Source: a virus
DNA: 31,484 bases
Virus record (IMG/VR): IMGVR_UViG_3300045988_071496
Strand: one strand, 5' to 3'
Notes under the pieces: model-generated
Seen by the model: only the letters and a program-made list of their open reading frames with translations
Databases searched by the model: none
Told to the model about the DNA's origin: nothing
Program-made: the position numbers and the translations under genes
Part shown: positions 9,002 to 18,081 of the stretch, one piece after another
How the letters are laid out: every line of letters begins with the position of its first letter
Position numbering within the stretch: the stretch's first letter is position 1

Positions 9002-9328
9002 CTACTCCTGCACGCTGACCGAAAACGAAGCAACTATCATGCTTTCGCCGTCGGCGTGCATAACTGATTCGGAAAAGGCGCACCCCGCCTTGTCAAGCGC
9101 CGCTTCAATCTTGCTTTCAAGTTCGTAAGAACGGTGCGCCGTGTAAAGCAAGATTTCGTAGTTCATCCAGCTTGCCCAAGCCTTGTTGTCGGCATAGGCT
9201 GTTTCACCCAAGCCGGCTTCAAGGCTTATGTAAGGCGGCTGCGGCCTGTCATCGTCCGTGTAACCTTCGTTAGTCCACGGAATGTTCAGACCGTCAAGCA
9301 GCGTGCAAAGGTCATCAAGCTTCATCAC
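9002..9328 (-). CDS. tail completion / tail terminator-like protein
   Basis: 108 aa in the head-tail joining cluster, with an ATGA overlap with the upstream gene and an AGGAG RBS. Confidence 0.4.
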   Translation of the reverse strand: MMKLDDLCTLLDGLNIPWTNEGYTDDDRPQPPYISLEAGLGETAYADNKAWASWMNYEILLYTAHRSYELESKIEAALDKAGCAFSESVMHADGESMIVASFSVSVQE

Positions 9329-9720
9329 TTCGCATCACCGCCGCTGAATTGCCGCCCTATGCGGTCTGCAATCCTCGAAATAACCTTGTCGCCTTTGGCG
9401 GTGCCGAAGGTGCGCCCGGTCTGGTTCTTGATCGCGTGATCGTTTTCAAGCAGGTGCGTTAGCTGGTATTGCGTGTTATGCACGGTTACTTCAACGCCGG
9501 TTGCGCCGCGCTGCGCCGTGGATTTCCAACCTTTGGCGTACTTGCCAGTGCGCTTTCTGCTCTCGTGCTTCAGCGCCTTAACGGCTTGCTTGCCGGCATC
9601 CTGCGCCCGCTGCTGCAACACCTCTTCGTTTTCGTCCACGCACTCGCGCATGAACGTGTTAATGCTGCGCTCAATGTCGTTTCCGCTAGACCGTCCCACG
9701 ATTGCCCACCCTTTCAACAA
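9325..9720 (-). CDS. head-tail joining protein (HK97 gp10-like)
   Basis: 131 aa. Its position and the basic KxxGKYAKGWK-type region resemble the HK97 gp10 family. Confidence 0.45.
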   Translation of the reverse strand: MLKGWAIVGRSSGNDIERSINTFMRECVDENEEVLQQRAQDAGKQAVKALKHESRKRTGKYAKGWKSTAQRGATGVEVTVHNTQYQLTHLLENDHAIKNQTGRTFGTAKGDKVISRIADRIGRQFSGGDAK

Positions 9721-10000
9721 GCGTTAGCCGCACGTTGTCCGGCGTTCGCTCCACGCGCTCGACGGCGTAAACGGTGCCGCCGAACTTCACAAGCGATTCT
9801 TCGCGGTACGCGCAAGCCCGCAACTCAACAACGGCTTGCGGGCGTATGCCCGCCGCGCTGGCGGCATAGTAGGCCGCTGCGCTGATGCTGAAAACGTTGC
9901 ATGGCACTTCTCGTTCAACGGGCTTCGTTGAGACAACGCCGCGCTTGTCGCGCGTCTCTTTCTCTTCGATAAGCTGGCACACGCCAGCCCACATGCTCAT
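9686..10000 (-). CDS. head closure / head-tail adaptor protein (SPP1 gp16-like)
   Basis: The ATG at 9998-10000 overlaps the TAA of the upstream gene (TAATG). It is about 105 aa and sits between the connector and the gp10-like gene. Confidence 0.45.
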   Translation of the reverse strand: MSMWAGVCQLIEEKETRDKRGVVSTKPVEREVPCNVFSISAAAYYAASAAGIRPQAVVELRACAYREESLVKFGGTVYAVERVERTPDNVRLTLVERVGNRGTV

Positions 10001-10320
10001 TACGCGCCCGCTTTCGCGCTTGCGCCATGCTCCGTGCTTCCAGCCATGCGGCAAAGCATATCGGCGAAAGACCGCATGAGCCTTTCAGCGTCCGGGTTGT
10101 CCATGCCGAAGTTGGCCTTAACGTAGACCTTAATTGCAACGCGCACGCTAGCGTCATCGCTGCTGTTCGCCTTGGCTTCAGCAACGCCGCCCGCAAGCAA
10201 TGCTGAACGGGCGGCGCTTATAAGGTCGTTGATTTCTTCGTCATAGATAGTGCAATCAGCGGGGATGCGCAAGGCGCTACGGCAAGCAGCGGTAAGGCTT
10301 GCTTTCGTTTCGTCTGCCAT
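10000..10320 (-). CDS. head-tail connector protein (gp6-like)
   Basis: 106 aa, directly after the capsid gene, with a typical Ala-rich helical composition. Confidence 0.45.
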   Translation of the reverse strand: MADETKASLTAACRSALRIPADCTIYDEEINDLISAARSALLAGGVAEAKANSSDDASVRVAIKVYVKANFGMDNPDAERLMRSFADMLCRMAGSTEHGASAKAGA

Positions 10321-10340
10321 CTTGCACCCCCCCTCTAATC

Positions 10341-11585
10341 TTAGGAAGCCTTGGGCTTGATGGTCAGTTCAACGAACGCTTCAGGGACGGCAAGGCCGCA
10401 ATCATAAAGGAAGTAGCCGTCAAAGCAATGCTTCTGGCTACCGTCGGTTGCGATATAGCCTTGCACGTCTACGCCGTCAAACGCATTGCCCTTGATAAGA
10501 TCAGGGTAGCCAAGTTTAAGCTTACCGTTGGCCATGGAGTCATCTTGCTTGACAAGCTTGCCGAAGATGCGGCCTTGCACGGTCGGGTCATCGGTCTTTT
10601 CATCCACGAAGTAGCTGCGCCCGTTCGCATCCTCGATCATGGCAAGCCAATTCCAAATCATATCGCTGTTAGCGTAGAAAATGGCACCCTTCGGCGCGGG
10701 ATTGCCAAAGGTTTTGAGCAGCGAAAGCGCCTTGGTAATGTCGGCCTTTACAAGCTTTTCAGCCGTTGCGGTCTGAATCTTGTTCGCCGTTGCAATGCCC
10801 AAAGTAGTTGTAGCAAGCTGCGAATGCACACGCGCATTAGCTGCAACAGACAGTCGCGACGCAACCTCGTTGATAATGTACTGCTCGAATCCATCCATAG
10901 ACTGAACGGCCATCTTGCGGGACATTTTAACGGTTTTCTTCAACTCTTCGCCTGTAAGGGAAATGGTATCGAATTCGTTCTGCTCGTCATCGGTAGGCGC
11001 TGCGCCCTCGGTGGTGGTTCCGGCATCGCCCTTGGTGATGCTCTTGTGGCGCACGATCTCAAATTGATGCTTCAGCGTGGAGCGTGCGGCATCGCCGAAC
11101 AGAACCGCCGAATTGTCAATAAGGCTGATAATCTGGTCTTGAATTTCCTTCGGCACAACGCTTCCAGTGTTGGAAGTAAGGTGCGTAAAGGCGGCACGCT
11201 CAACGGGCGTGAACTCGTTGCCGCCGCCAAGCTGAATGCCGCCGCGCGTCGCAAGTTCCTTCACCCAAGCGCGGCGGTAAGCCGCGTCATAGTCGGTGGT
11301 GTCGCGCACGATTCCGCCGGCTGCGCTCGCGCTGCGCTGAAGCGGGACGTTGGAAACCACGGCGGCGGTGCCGCTCTCGATTGCAGAACGCGCATTGGCA
11401 AGCGCCGCGTTGCGGGCGTTGCGTGCGTTGGTCTGCTCGTTGGTGATGCGCTCAATCTCCGCCGTAAGTTCGGCCATGCGCTCTTCGTCCTGCTTGGCTT
11501 CATCGTCGGTGGTGCCCTCGGGCTGACCGTCCTTGTACTTGTCAATGAGCGCTTGCAGTTCCTTCAACAGTTCTTCGAGATTCAT
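10341..11585 (-). CDS. major capsid protein, HK97 fold, with an N-terminal coiled-coil delta/scaffold domain
   Basis: The ATG at 11583-11585 has an AGAAAGG RBS. The N-terminus (MNLEELLKELQALIDKYKDG) is a coiled coil. The capsid follows the prohead protease as in HK97-like modules. Confidence 0.8.
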   Translation of the reverse strand: MNLEELLKELQALIDKYKDGQPEGTTDDEAKQDEERMAELTAEIERITNEQTNARNARNAALANARSAIESGTAAVVSNVPLQRSASAAGGIVRDTTDYDAAYRRAWVKELATRGGIQLGGGNEFTPVERAAFTHLTSNTGSVVPKEIQDQIISLIDNSAVLFGDAARSTLKHQFEIVRHKSITKGDAGTTTEGAAPTDDEQNEFDTISLTGEELKKTVKMSRKMAVQSMDGFEQYIINEVASRLSVAANARVHSQLATTTLGIATANKIQTATAEKLVKADITKALSLLKTFGNPAPKGAIFYANSDMIWNWLAMIEDANGRSYFVDEKTDDPTVQGRIFGKLVKQDDSMANGKLKLGYPDLIKGNAFDGVDVQGYIATDGSQKHCFDGYFLYDCGLAVPEAFVELTIKPKAS

Positions 11586-11589
11586 CTTT

Positions 11590-12237
11590 CTAACCTTTCT
11601 TTGCGTTTGCAATTGCCAATACGGCGCACGCTCTCGCGCGCGTCATGCGCCGCCGTGCAAACTCCTTGCGCGTCTGCTCAATCTCTCCGTTAAGCAAGTT
11701 GCGTGCGCTTATCTCCGTGTTCGGGTCAGCCGGTAGGCTGACTGCCGAAACATCGAAAATCTTCTTTACCCGCGTGATTGTGGTTGTGCGGGTTTCGTGG
11801 TCGAACTCGTCAGCGGCCACGGTGAAAGCCCATGACATACGCGTGATAAGTCCCGCCGCTATTTCCTCGTACAGATCGCGCGAACTCTGGCTGCTCGACA
11901 AGTCGGCGGCAATGAACAAGCCGTGTTCGTCCGGCTCAATAAGCAATGTGTTGTTGCTTGTGCGGGCGTAAACGCGCCCTTCGTGGTCGTACTGCAAAAT
12001 CACGTCTGACATATCGGCTTCGCCGAAAGCATCAGGGCTGATAACTTCCAAATACTCGTTGCCCGCAAAGTCCCGGTAAATCGGGTAAGGGTCATTGAAG
12101 GTGGAAGCGTAGCCCTCGACGTAATAATCAGTGTCGAAGCGCTTCTTTGGCTCTTCGTTGTCACCTTCTGCGCGTTTGACCGGCGCAAGCGTCGCGGTCA
12201 ATGTTCGGTACTGTCGTTCATTCGGTTTTGCTGGCAT
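11590..12237 (-). CDS. prohead protease (HK97 family, S78-like)
   Basis: The ATG at 12235-12237 has a GAAGGGAAAG RBS. It lies between portal and capsid and overlaps the portal 3' end by 20 nt. Confidence 0.7.
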   Translation of the reverse strand: MPAKPNERQYRTLTATLAPVKRAEGDNEEPKKRFDTDYYVEGYASTFNDPYPIYRDFAGNEYLEVISPDAFGEADMSDVILQYDHEGRVYARTSNNTLLIEPDEHGLFIAADLSSSQSSRDLYEEIAAGLITRMSWAFTVAADEFDHETRTTTITRVKKIFDVSAVSLPADPNTEISARNLLNGEIEQTRKEFARRRMTRARACAVLAIANAKKG

Positions 12238-13501
12238 CTTCTTTCCCTTCACTCTTGCCGCCTGTCGGCTGTCCCAACTGGTCAGAAAGCGCAATGTTTG
12301 CGTTGGTGGCCGCTGCGCTCGCGGCGGCTTCGGCTGTGTGTTCGCTGATTAGCGCAAGGTCGATATACTCGCCGCGTATAACGTGGCGCTCGCCGCCGTC
12401 GTAATGCGGCGCTTGGAATACGTCGGCAACCTGATTGCCGTTGAAAATGCCACGGTCAAACAGCGCCGTTGAAACGTTCAGCTTCGTTTGGTTGCTGGCG
12501 AACTCCAAGCGGTTTGCCGAAAACATGATTTCGTTTCCGTGGGCAATCTCGGCTTTGGTAAACGTCATCGTTGTAAGCACAAAGCCAAGCTGCACCGCGA
12601 ACGTTTCAATGTTTCCTTCGTAGAACGCGTTATAGGTTTCTTCGTTTGCCTTGTTAAGCACGACATCTTCGGACGTGCCGAAGAACCTATAGGCCGCTTT
12701 CTCTATGCGCTCCATCTGCGCCGCGTCAACCGTGTAGGTGGAAGGTGAAATCTGCTTCACTTCGTCAAAGATGCGGTCATAAACGGCAATGCCGCCCGAA
12801 TTTTCGGGGTCAAGCTGCTTGTTGAAGTCCTTTTGCGCCTTTTCCTTGTCGGCATCGTTTCTGTTCTGGCTAAGCTTGCCAATGAAGCGAATGAAAGCGT
12901 TCTGCTTGATTGCGTTTTGCTCGCCCTCGTTCTGCGCGTGCAGAAGTTCTAGCGTGGGGTTAAGCACGTTGGTGCCGTCGCCGAACAGATCAGAACGGTA
13001 CTGGTGCCGGGTCATAACGCCGCATCTTGCCCATTCGACGTAAACGCTTTGGCTTGTAGGAAAGTCAAGCTTCAGCCATAGTTCGCCGCCCACATCGTAG
13101 GCGGTGCAGTTATTGGGCAAAACGGGGTAATAGCCAATTTGCGTAACGTTATCTTCTGCGAAAATCGGGATAATCAAAGCCGTGTCGTTCACCTGAAGCA
13201 TGGTGTAAATTCGCTTAATGAATTGCGGCGTTGTCATCCACGGGTTGGGCTGAAACTTCAAAGACGCGGTGGCTTGGCTCTGCGCCGTGCCGGTAACTTC
13301 TGGCTTCAGCTTGCTTGCGTGGTTCGCCCCGCTCTCGATGATCGAACGCGTTAACTCTGCTTCGTAAATGCCGCCCGTCCAAGTGGTAAAGCTTGGCTGG
13401 TACGCCGTGAACGTGGAAAAGTAGCCGTTGACCGCCTGAACCTGCGGGCGGTGAAACACGCTATCGAACATCGAACGCAAGCGCGGTTTCAGTTGTGCCA
13501 C
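12218..13501 (-). CDS. portal protein (HK97 family)
   Basis: 427 aa, directly after the large terminase, with an acidic C-terminus. The N-terminus is MAQLKPRLRSMFDSVF. Confidence 0.8.
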   Translation of the reverse strand: MAQLKPRLRSMFDSVFHRPQVQAVNGYFSTFTAYQPSFTTWTGGIYEAELTRSIIESGANHASKLKPEVTGTAQSQATASLKFQPNPWMTTPQFIKRIYTMLQVNDTALIIPIFAEDNVTQIGYYPVLPNNCTAYDVGGELWLKLDFPTSQSVYVEWARCGVMTRHQYRSDLFGDGTNVLNPTLELLHAQNEGEQNAIKQNAFIRFIGKLSQNRNDADKEKAQKDFNKQLDPENSGGIAVYDRIFDEVKQISPSTYTVDAAQMERIEKAAYRFFGTSEDVVLNKANEETYNAFYEGNIETFAVQLGFVLTTMTFTKAEIAHGNEIMFSANRLEFASNQTKLNVSTALFDRGIFNGNQVADVFQAPHYDGGERHVIRGEYIDLALISEHTAEAAASAAATNANIALSDQLGQPTGGKSEGKEDASKTE

Positions 13502-13503
13502 AT

Positions 13504-15222
13504 CTAGCCCCCTATCATTGATTCGTATTCGTCGGCCATGTCCTTTAGAACCACGAACGCATCACATTCAGCAGCCCAAGCGTCAATGCGGTTGCGCGGG
13601 TCTTGGTTCTTCTTATCCGGCGCAATGTTGCCGTTCGCGTCGCTTCTTACAGCGACGTTTGAGCGGCACCATTCCGCAATCGGGTTGGCGTTATCAACTA
13701 TCCTGTTTTCGCGGTATAGCGCCCTAAGTTCCTTCATCGGCATTGACAGAGTTTGCGCGCCCTGAACAACGCGCCTGAAGTAGTCAGCGCCGAAGTATCC
13801 TTCATAGGCTTCAACCGTCGGCACGTCTCGCATATGCCACGGGTCGTAGCCGCAAGCCACGGCGTAAATGCCGTATTTCTCTTGAATCTCCGAAACCCAA
13901 TCAAGAACTAAGCGCTTGTCGATTATCGGCGTTGCGCACGTGCGCAAGTATCCGTTTGCAATCCACGCATCGTAGGGCACGCCGTCGCGCCCGCCGCGCC
14001 GTCCCTCGCGCTCCGCCTGTTCCAGTGCGCGTTGCGGAATCCATGCCATGTGCATTGCGTAAATGTTCGGGTCGTTCGGGCGCTTCATCAAAAGGCAAGC
14101 CGCCGTTAGGTCGGTGGTGTCCGATGCGTCAACGCCCAAGATCGCATAAGTGAAGCCGTCCGCCGGGTCAAAGGTCGCATCGTTGTGAATCTCTGACCAG
14201 TTCAGCCATGCTTGGCTTTGGTTCTCAATCAAGTTGAAATCCTTAACAAGCAGCGTTGGCAGAAACGTAGGGTCGTTCTTCGCCTTGCTCACGTTCTTGC
14301 GGAGCGCGGGCAGTGATTTGATGGTGCCTAAGCCCGGATTTGCCTTGACCCACGCCGGTTCATGCTCCCATTCCTCGCGTTCGTCCAACTCGTAGATGAA
14401 CGCAATGAAGCGTTCCGCGTCAACGCCGGTTGCCTGACCGTCAAGCCACTTGGCGGCGTACTGGTATTGGGCATCGAAGATGCCGGCACGAACAAAACCG
14501 TTGGTTGTGATCTCCAAGACAAGCGGTTGCCTACGCGCCGACGTGCCCTGTATGGTCAGGTCGTACAAGTCGCGGTTTCTCATTGCCGCCAACTCGTCAA
14601 TGATCGCGCCCGATACGTCCAAGCCGTCAAGGTGGTTCGTGTTTGCAGACAGCGCCTTAATGGTGCCCATGTTCAAATCGCAATACAGGTCACTTACTCG
14701 CTTGCGGATATGCTTTGACAGCGCCGGGGACGTTTTAATCATGCGCCAAGCGTTGTTGAAGCCCTTAGCCGCCTGATCGTGGGCGGTCGCCACGTTGTAG
14801 ACCTCTGGTGCGCCCTCGTCATCGTTCACCTGCAAGTCAATTTCGATGCCGGACGCAAGCGCGGTCTTACCGTTCTTCCTGCCCATGACCCAAAGCACTT
14901 CGCGGTACTGGCGCAAGCCCTCTGCATCAACGAAGCCGAAAATCACGGACAGAATGGCAAGTTGGAACAATTCCAGCTTGAAAGCGTGCCCAAGCTTGCC
15001 GGACGGTAGGCGGCAAAAGCGTTCAATGAAGTTAACGTGCTTGCTCGCGTACTCTTCGCGGAAATGGTACGGATAAAGCGGGTCTTTGTTGTCCATGTCG
15101 CGCAGAATCTTTGCAGCTACCTGCTTGATCTTGCGACACGCCGTTATAGACCCGTCAAGAACGCCGCCGAAGTATTCACGTATAGCTTTCTCGCACCGCC
15201 CAGCCTTAGCGGCCTTAGTCAT
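13504..15222 (-). CDS. terminase large subunit
   Basis: 572 aa between the small terminase and the portal, with an N-terminal ATPase-like region followed by a C-terminal nuclease-like region. Confidence 0.85.
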   Translation of the reverse strand: MTKAAKAGRCEKAIREYFGGVLDGSITACRKIKQVAAKILRDMDNKDPLYPYHFREEYASKHVNFIERFCRLPSGKLGHAFKLELFQLAILSVIFGFVDAEGLRQYREVLWVMGRKNGKTALASGIEIDLQVNDDEGAPEVYNVATAHDQAAKGFNNAWRMIKTSPALSKHIRKRVSDLYCDLNMGTIKALSANTNHLDGLDVSGAIIDELAAMRNRDLYDLTIQGTSARRQPLVLEITTNGFVRAGIFDAQYQYAAKWLDGQATGVDAERFIAFIYELDEREEWEHEPAWVKANPGLGTIKSLPALRKNVSKAKNDPTFLPTLLVKDFNLIENQSQAWLNWSEIHNDATFDPADGFTYAILGVDASDTTDLTAACLLMKRPNDPNIYAMHMAWIPQRALEQAEREGRRGGRDGVPYDAWIANGYLRTCATPIIDKRLVLDWVSEIQEKYGIYAVACGYDPWHMRDVPTVEAYEGYFGADYFRRVVQGAQTLSMPMKELRALYRENRIVDNANPIAEWCRSNVAVRSDANGNIAPDKKNQDPRNRIDAWAAECDAFVVLKDMADEYESMIGG

Positions 15223-15817
15223 AGCGCGTTTCAGCTAGGTAATCCGTGAGCGCATCAGCAGCCGCCGCGCCGGTCGGCATCAGATCGCAAAGCTGCTTGA
15301 TGCCACGCTGAAACGTAGTGAATAGCTTGTTGTAAGCGGAAAAGCCGGGATGCTCTCGCAAGCCCGACTGACCGCCTCCGTTGTCGTACTCGGTGAAGAT
15401 GCTTTCATAAAGCAGTTCTTTGCGTGCTTCGTCAAGCTTGACTTTGAGAAACGCGATATTGTGGAGCATCGGCAACACAACTTTGCGCTTATCGTCTGGT
15501 ATTGCGTTCTTCGTTATGCGCTGAAGGTTGCGCACCTCGCTTTCGACGCGCGATTGCATGGAAGCGGGCTTGCGCTTCGGCTTACTTCCGCTAACTTCGC
15601 CTGAAACTTGCGAAGTCTCGCATACTTTCTTCGATTGCACAAGACCACCCCCCTTTGAAAAGTCGGCGCAAGCAAAAATCTTCCTCCCGGCGTTGGTGCC
15701 CAAGGAATCGTTGCGCAGATTCAAACCGGGGGGATTGCCCGCCGCTCTGACCTGCTGTTTTATGTTCGGTAATTTTTTCTTTGGTTTGCGTTTCTCGTCG
15801 CGCCGATCATTCGGCAA
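15215..15817 (-). CDS. terminase small subunit (P27 family)
   Basis: The N-terminus (KRKPKKKLPNIKQQVRAAGNPPGLNL) matches the P27-family opening (PKPTALKLLEGNPGKRPLN) and the C-terminus has NGGGQSGLREHPGFSAYNK. It overlaps TerL by 8 nt. Confidence 0.65.
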   Translation of the reverse strand: MPNDRRDEKRKPKKKLPNIKQQVRAAGNPPGLNLRNDSLGTNAGRKIFACADFSKGGGLVQSKKVCETSQVSGEVSGSKPKRKPASMQSRVESEVRNLQRITKNAIPDDKRKVVLPMLHNIAFLKVKLDEARKELLYESIFTEYDNGGGQSGLREHPGFSAYNKLFTTFQRGIKQLCDLMPTGAAAADALTDYLAETRYD

Positions 15818-16124
15818 GGCAAATCAAGTTGCCGTCGGCATCAAACGCAAGCCCTTGACGCGTCGCACCGGCACGCGCCCACCCGTGCGTTTTCTTGTGG
15901 CATAGGTCGCAAAGGCTGACCAAGTTATCAAGGCCGCAAGTAATGTCCGGGTTGTCGATGTTGGCCGGTGTCAGTTCTTCGATATGGTGAACCATCGTTG
16001 CCGGTGTGATCTCCCCACCGGCAAGGCAGCGTTGGCACAAGTAGCTATCTCGCTTTAGCGCGTCTTCCCGCGCACGCTCCCAAGCCTTGGAATGATAGAA
16101 CGCGTCACTAAACGGCTTAGCCAT
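15807..16124 (-). CDS. HNH endonuclease (terminase-associated)
   Basis: The ATG at 16122-16124 has a GGGGTGG RBS. Motifs are CQRCLAGGE...HHIEEL...LVSLCDLCHKKTH. It sits immediately upstream of TerS, as is common for phage HNH proteins. Confidence 0.7.
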   Translation of the reverse strand: MAKPFSDAFYHSKAWERAREDALKRDSYLCQRCLAGGEITPATMVHHIEELTPANIDNPDITCGLDNLVSLCDLCHKKTHGWARAGATRQGLAFDADGNLICLAE

Positions 16125-16132
16125 GCGCCACC

Positions 16133-16176
16133 ACCCCAAAAGAAAAAGCGCCACGGCTCTAAGTCCGTGACGCTTT
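16133..16176 (-). terminator. rho-independent terminator between the early and late operons
   Basis: On the minus strand a stem AAGCGTCACGG / CCGTGGCGCTT (one mismatch) is followed by TTTTTCTTTTGGGG. It lies just downstream of the gene at 16242-16688. Confidence 0.5.
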
Positions 16177-16213
16177 GCATAGTTCTAACCACCTTAGCGA
16201 ACTTTAACACAAC

Positions 16214-16233
16214 ATGGGAAGTGATGGGAAGTG
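16214..16233. repeat. perfect 2 x 10-bp tandem repeat ATGGGAAGTG
   Basis: The repeat occupies 16214-16223 and 16224-16233, in the 87-bp gap between the putative regulator gene and the late-operon terminator and HNH gene. Confidence 0.7.
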
Positions 16234-16241
16234 CCAATTTC

Positions 16242-16688
16242 TCATGCGGTGCGAATGTGCGCGAAGCCCACGCCGTCGATATAGGCGAAAGCCGCGCCCG
16301 ATAGTTCACGGCACCACTTCACCGAACAGCGCATGACCTCGGCAACTTCCTTCCATGGCATCCCTTGGCAATACGCCATGCAAAGCACATCGGCGTAGCG
16401 GTTGCCTTTCAGCTTCGCCAAGCCGCCGTGGTCATCGTCGCCGTAAAGCAGCATGGTTGCTTCGTCCAGCATTTCCGATGCTTCGTTGATTCTGCGTTGT
16501 AATCTCTGCTCAAACTCAATGCGCCGGTTTACCCTGTCCATTGCATCGCTGTTGCCGTTGCCCTGCTGCTCACCGTAGCGCTGAACCTTCGCGCCCTCGG
16601 AAGCTTTGAGCCGTTCCAACATTTCCTTTGAGCGCTCAATTTCAACGACGGTTTCCCGTATGCCCTCGAAGTATTCTTGCGCTCTCAT
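16242..16688 (-). CDS. putative late-gene transcriptional regulator (sigma-70 region-4-like HTH)
   Basis: 148 aa. The C-terminus (YADVLCMAYCQGMPWKEVAEVMRCSVKWCR) resembles a sigma region-4/ArpU-type HTH. It is the last gene before the terminase module. Confidence 0.3.
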   Translation of the reverse strand: MRAQEYFEGIRETVVEIERSKEMLERLKASEGAKVQRYGEQQGNGNSDAMDRVNRRIEFEQRLQRRINEASEMLDEATMLLYGDDDHGGLAKLKGNRYADVLCMAYCQGMPWKEVAEVMRCSVKWCRELSGAAFAYIDGVGFAHIRTA

Positions 16689-16696
16689 GTCTCCAC

Positions 16697-17134
16697 CTAC
16701 GCAATGCCGGTGCTGCCGAAGCCAGCCGCCCCGCGCTCCGTCTCGGTCAACTCTTCGCAGGGCACCAACTCACACGGAACGAACGGCATAACGATAAGCT
16801 GGCAAACGCGCGTGCCCGCGTCAAGCGTGGTGGTTTCGTCCGACTGGTTCAGCAGTGTTGCGCCAATCTCGCCACGGTAGCCCGAATCAATCACGCCCAC
16901 GCTGTTTGAAAGCGTGATGCCGTGCTTGCTCGCAAGGCCGCTTCGCGGGAACACAAGCCCCACGCACCCTTGCGGAATCTCAACCGCAAGCCCTGTGCCG
17001 ACCGTGGCGCGTTCGCCCGGATTCAACGTCACGTCATGGGTGATGCGCAAGTCAAGCCCCGCATCACCTTCATGTGCGTAGCGCGGCAGTTCCGCGCCGT
17101 CAGAAAGTCTCACGTTCATTTTGCGTCCAATCAT
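16697..17134 (-). CDS. dut: dUTP diphosphatase
   Basis: Motifs are AGLDLR...FPRSGLASKHGITLSNSVGVIDSGYRGEI...RVCQLIV. The ATG at 17134 has a GAGGA RBS. Confidence 0.8.
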   Translation of the reverse strand: MIGRKMNVRLSDGAELPRYAHEGDAGLDLRITHDVTLNPGERATVGTGLAVEIPQGCVGLVFPRSGLASKHGITLSNSVGVIDSGYRGEIGATLLNQSDETTTLDAGTRVCQLIVMPFVPCELVPCEELTETERGAAGFGSTGIA

Positions 17135-17346
17135 TCTTCGTCCTCACTATCTGTTGCCGGTTCACCGCTGACGCTCTCGCGGACGCAATGCCCAACCTCT
17201 AGGCAATTCGTCCACCTGTCCCAGGCCACGCAAAAGCACTTCTTGCCATCAAGCACCGCGCCCCTGTTTTCGCATTCATCCATTGCGCTTGCACTTCTTC
17301 GCCTTGCGCCACGTGCGCAGACATTCAAGCAGCCCCATTTCTTCAA
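17131..17346 (-). CDS. small Cys-rich hypothetical protein (start uncertain)
   Basis: 71-aa ORF ending in an ATGA overlap with dut. It overlaps the upstream P-loop gene, so the true start may be the internal ATG near 17283. Confidence 0.25.
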   Translation of the reverse strand: MKKWGCLNVCARGARRRSASAMDECENRGAVLDGKKCFCVAWDRWTNCLEVGHCVRESVSGEPATDSEDEE

Positions 17347-17674
17347 GGTTGCCTAACGCCGGGTTTGCCAACCGCAACGCTTCGCCGTCTATAGCAACGG
17401 CAGCAACGTGAACGCCCAGAATGTCGCTAAGGATGCCGCCCGCTTCATCAACCAAAACGTTTCTTAGCAGCGGTGCGCCTACCAGCATTTCACGGCTTGT
17501 GTAGCAAATCGGTTCGGGAATCGGCTTGCCCATCTTCATTGCTTGATGCTCAATCGCCTTAGCCATCTGCGCCGACCGCGTAACAATTGGGATGCCGGTA
17601 TCGTGCGAAAGGTTGATCAGGTGTTGTGTCTTTCCCGATCTTCTGCCGCCTACGTAACATTGCATCAAGGCCAC
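17276..17674 (-). CDS. small P-loop NTPase (Walker A GGRRSGKT, Walker B VLVDEAGG)
   Basis: 132 aa with clear Walker A and B motifs. I cannot place it in a family by eye. Confidence 0.4.
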   Translation of the reverse strand: MALMQCYVGGRRSGKTQHLINLSHDTGIPIVTRSAQMAKAIEHQAMKMGKPIPEPICYTSREMLVGAPLLRNVLVDEAGGILSDILGVHVAAVAIDGEALRLANPALGNLEEMGLLECLRTWRKAKKCKRNG

Positions 17675-17677
17675 CCC

Positions 17678-18079
17678 CTAAAACGGCATGTCGCCGTCAT
17701 AGACGCTGGCAGCTTCAACGGCTTGCGGTTCCGATTCGGGCGTTTGCTGCTCGCGGCGCGTGTTCATCAACTCCACGTCATCAACAACGATTTCAACGCG
17801 GCTGCGCTTCTGGCCGTCGCGCTCATACGTGGATTGCCGAAGGTGCCCAACCAATGAAAGCTTTGTGCCCTTCGCAAGATACGGTTGCAGCGCTTCGGCA
17901 CGCTTTCCGAACATCACGCAATCAAACCAGTTGGCTTCATCCTGATAGCTGCCGTCAGCTTGTTTGCGGCGCTCGTCAACTGCAATGGAAAACGTGACCA
18001 CGGCAACGCCGGTATTGGTGTAGCGAAGTTCAGCGGGCTTGCCCAAGCGCCCTGATTCTGTGCAGGTGTTCAGGCTCAT
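17678..18079 (-). CDS. ssb: single-stranded DNA-binding protein
   Basis: 133 aa with an OB-fold-like sequence and the acidic C-terminal tail DGDMPF typical of SSB. Confidence 0.8.
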   Translation of the reverse strand: MSLNTCTESGRLGKPAELRYTNTGVAVVTFSIAVDERRKQADGSYQDEANWFDCVMFGKRAEALQPYLAKGTKLSLVGHLRQSTYERDGQKRSRVEIVVDDVELMNTRREQQTPESEPQAVEAASVYDGDMPF

Positions 18080-18081
18080 TG

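Noticed and set aside
10299-11693. 464-aa plus-strand ORF opposite the major capsid gene (similar cases: 5121-6584, 4727-5710, 27852-28415)
   Set aside because: High GC content suppresses stop codons on the antisense strand. The capsid, tape measure and endolysin on the minus strand have clear family signatures, and the antisense ORFs have none.
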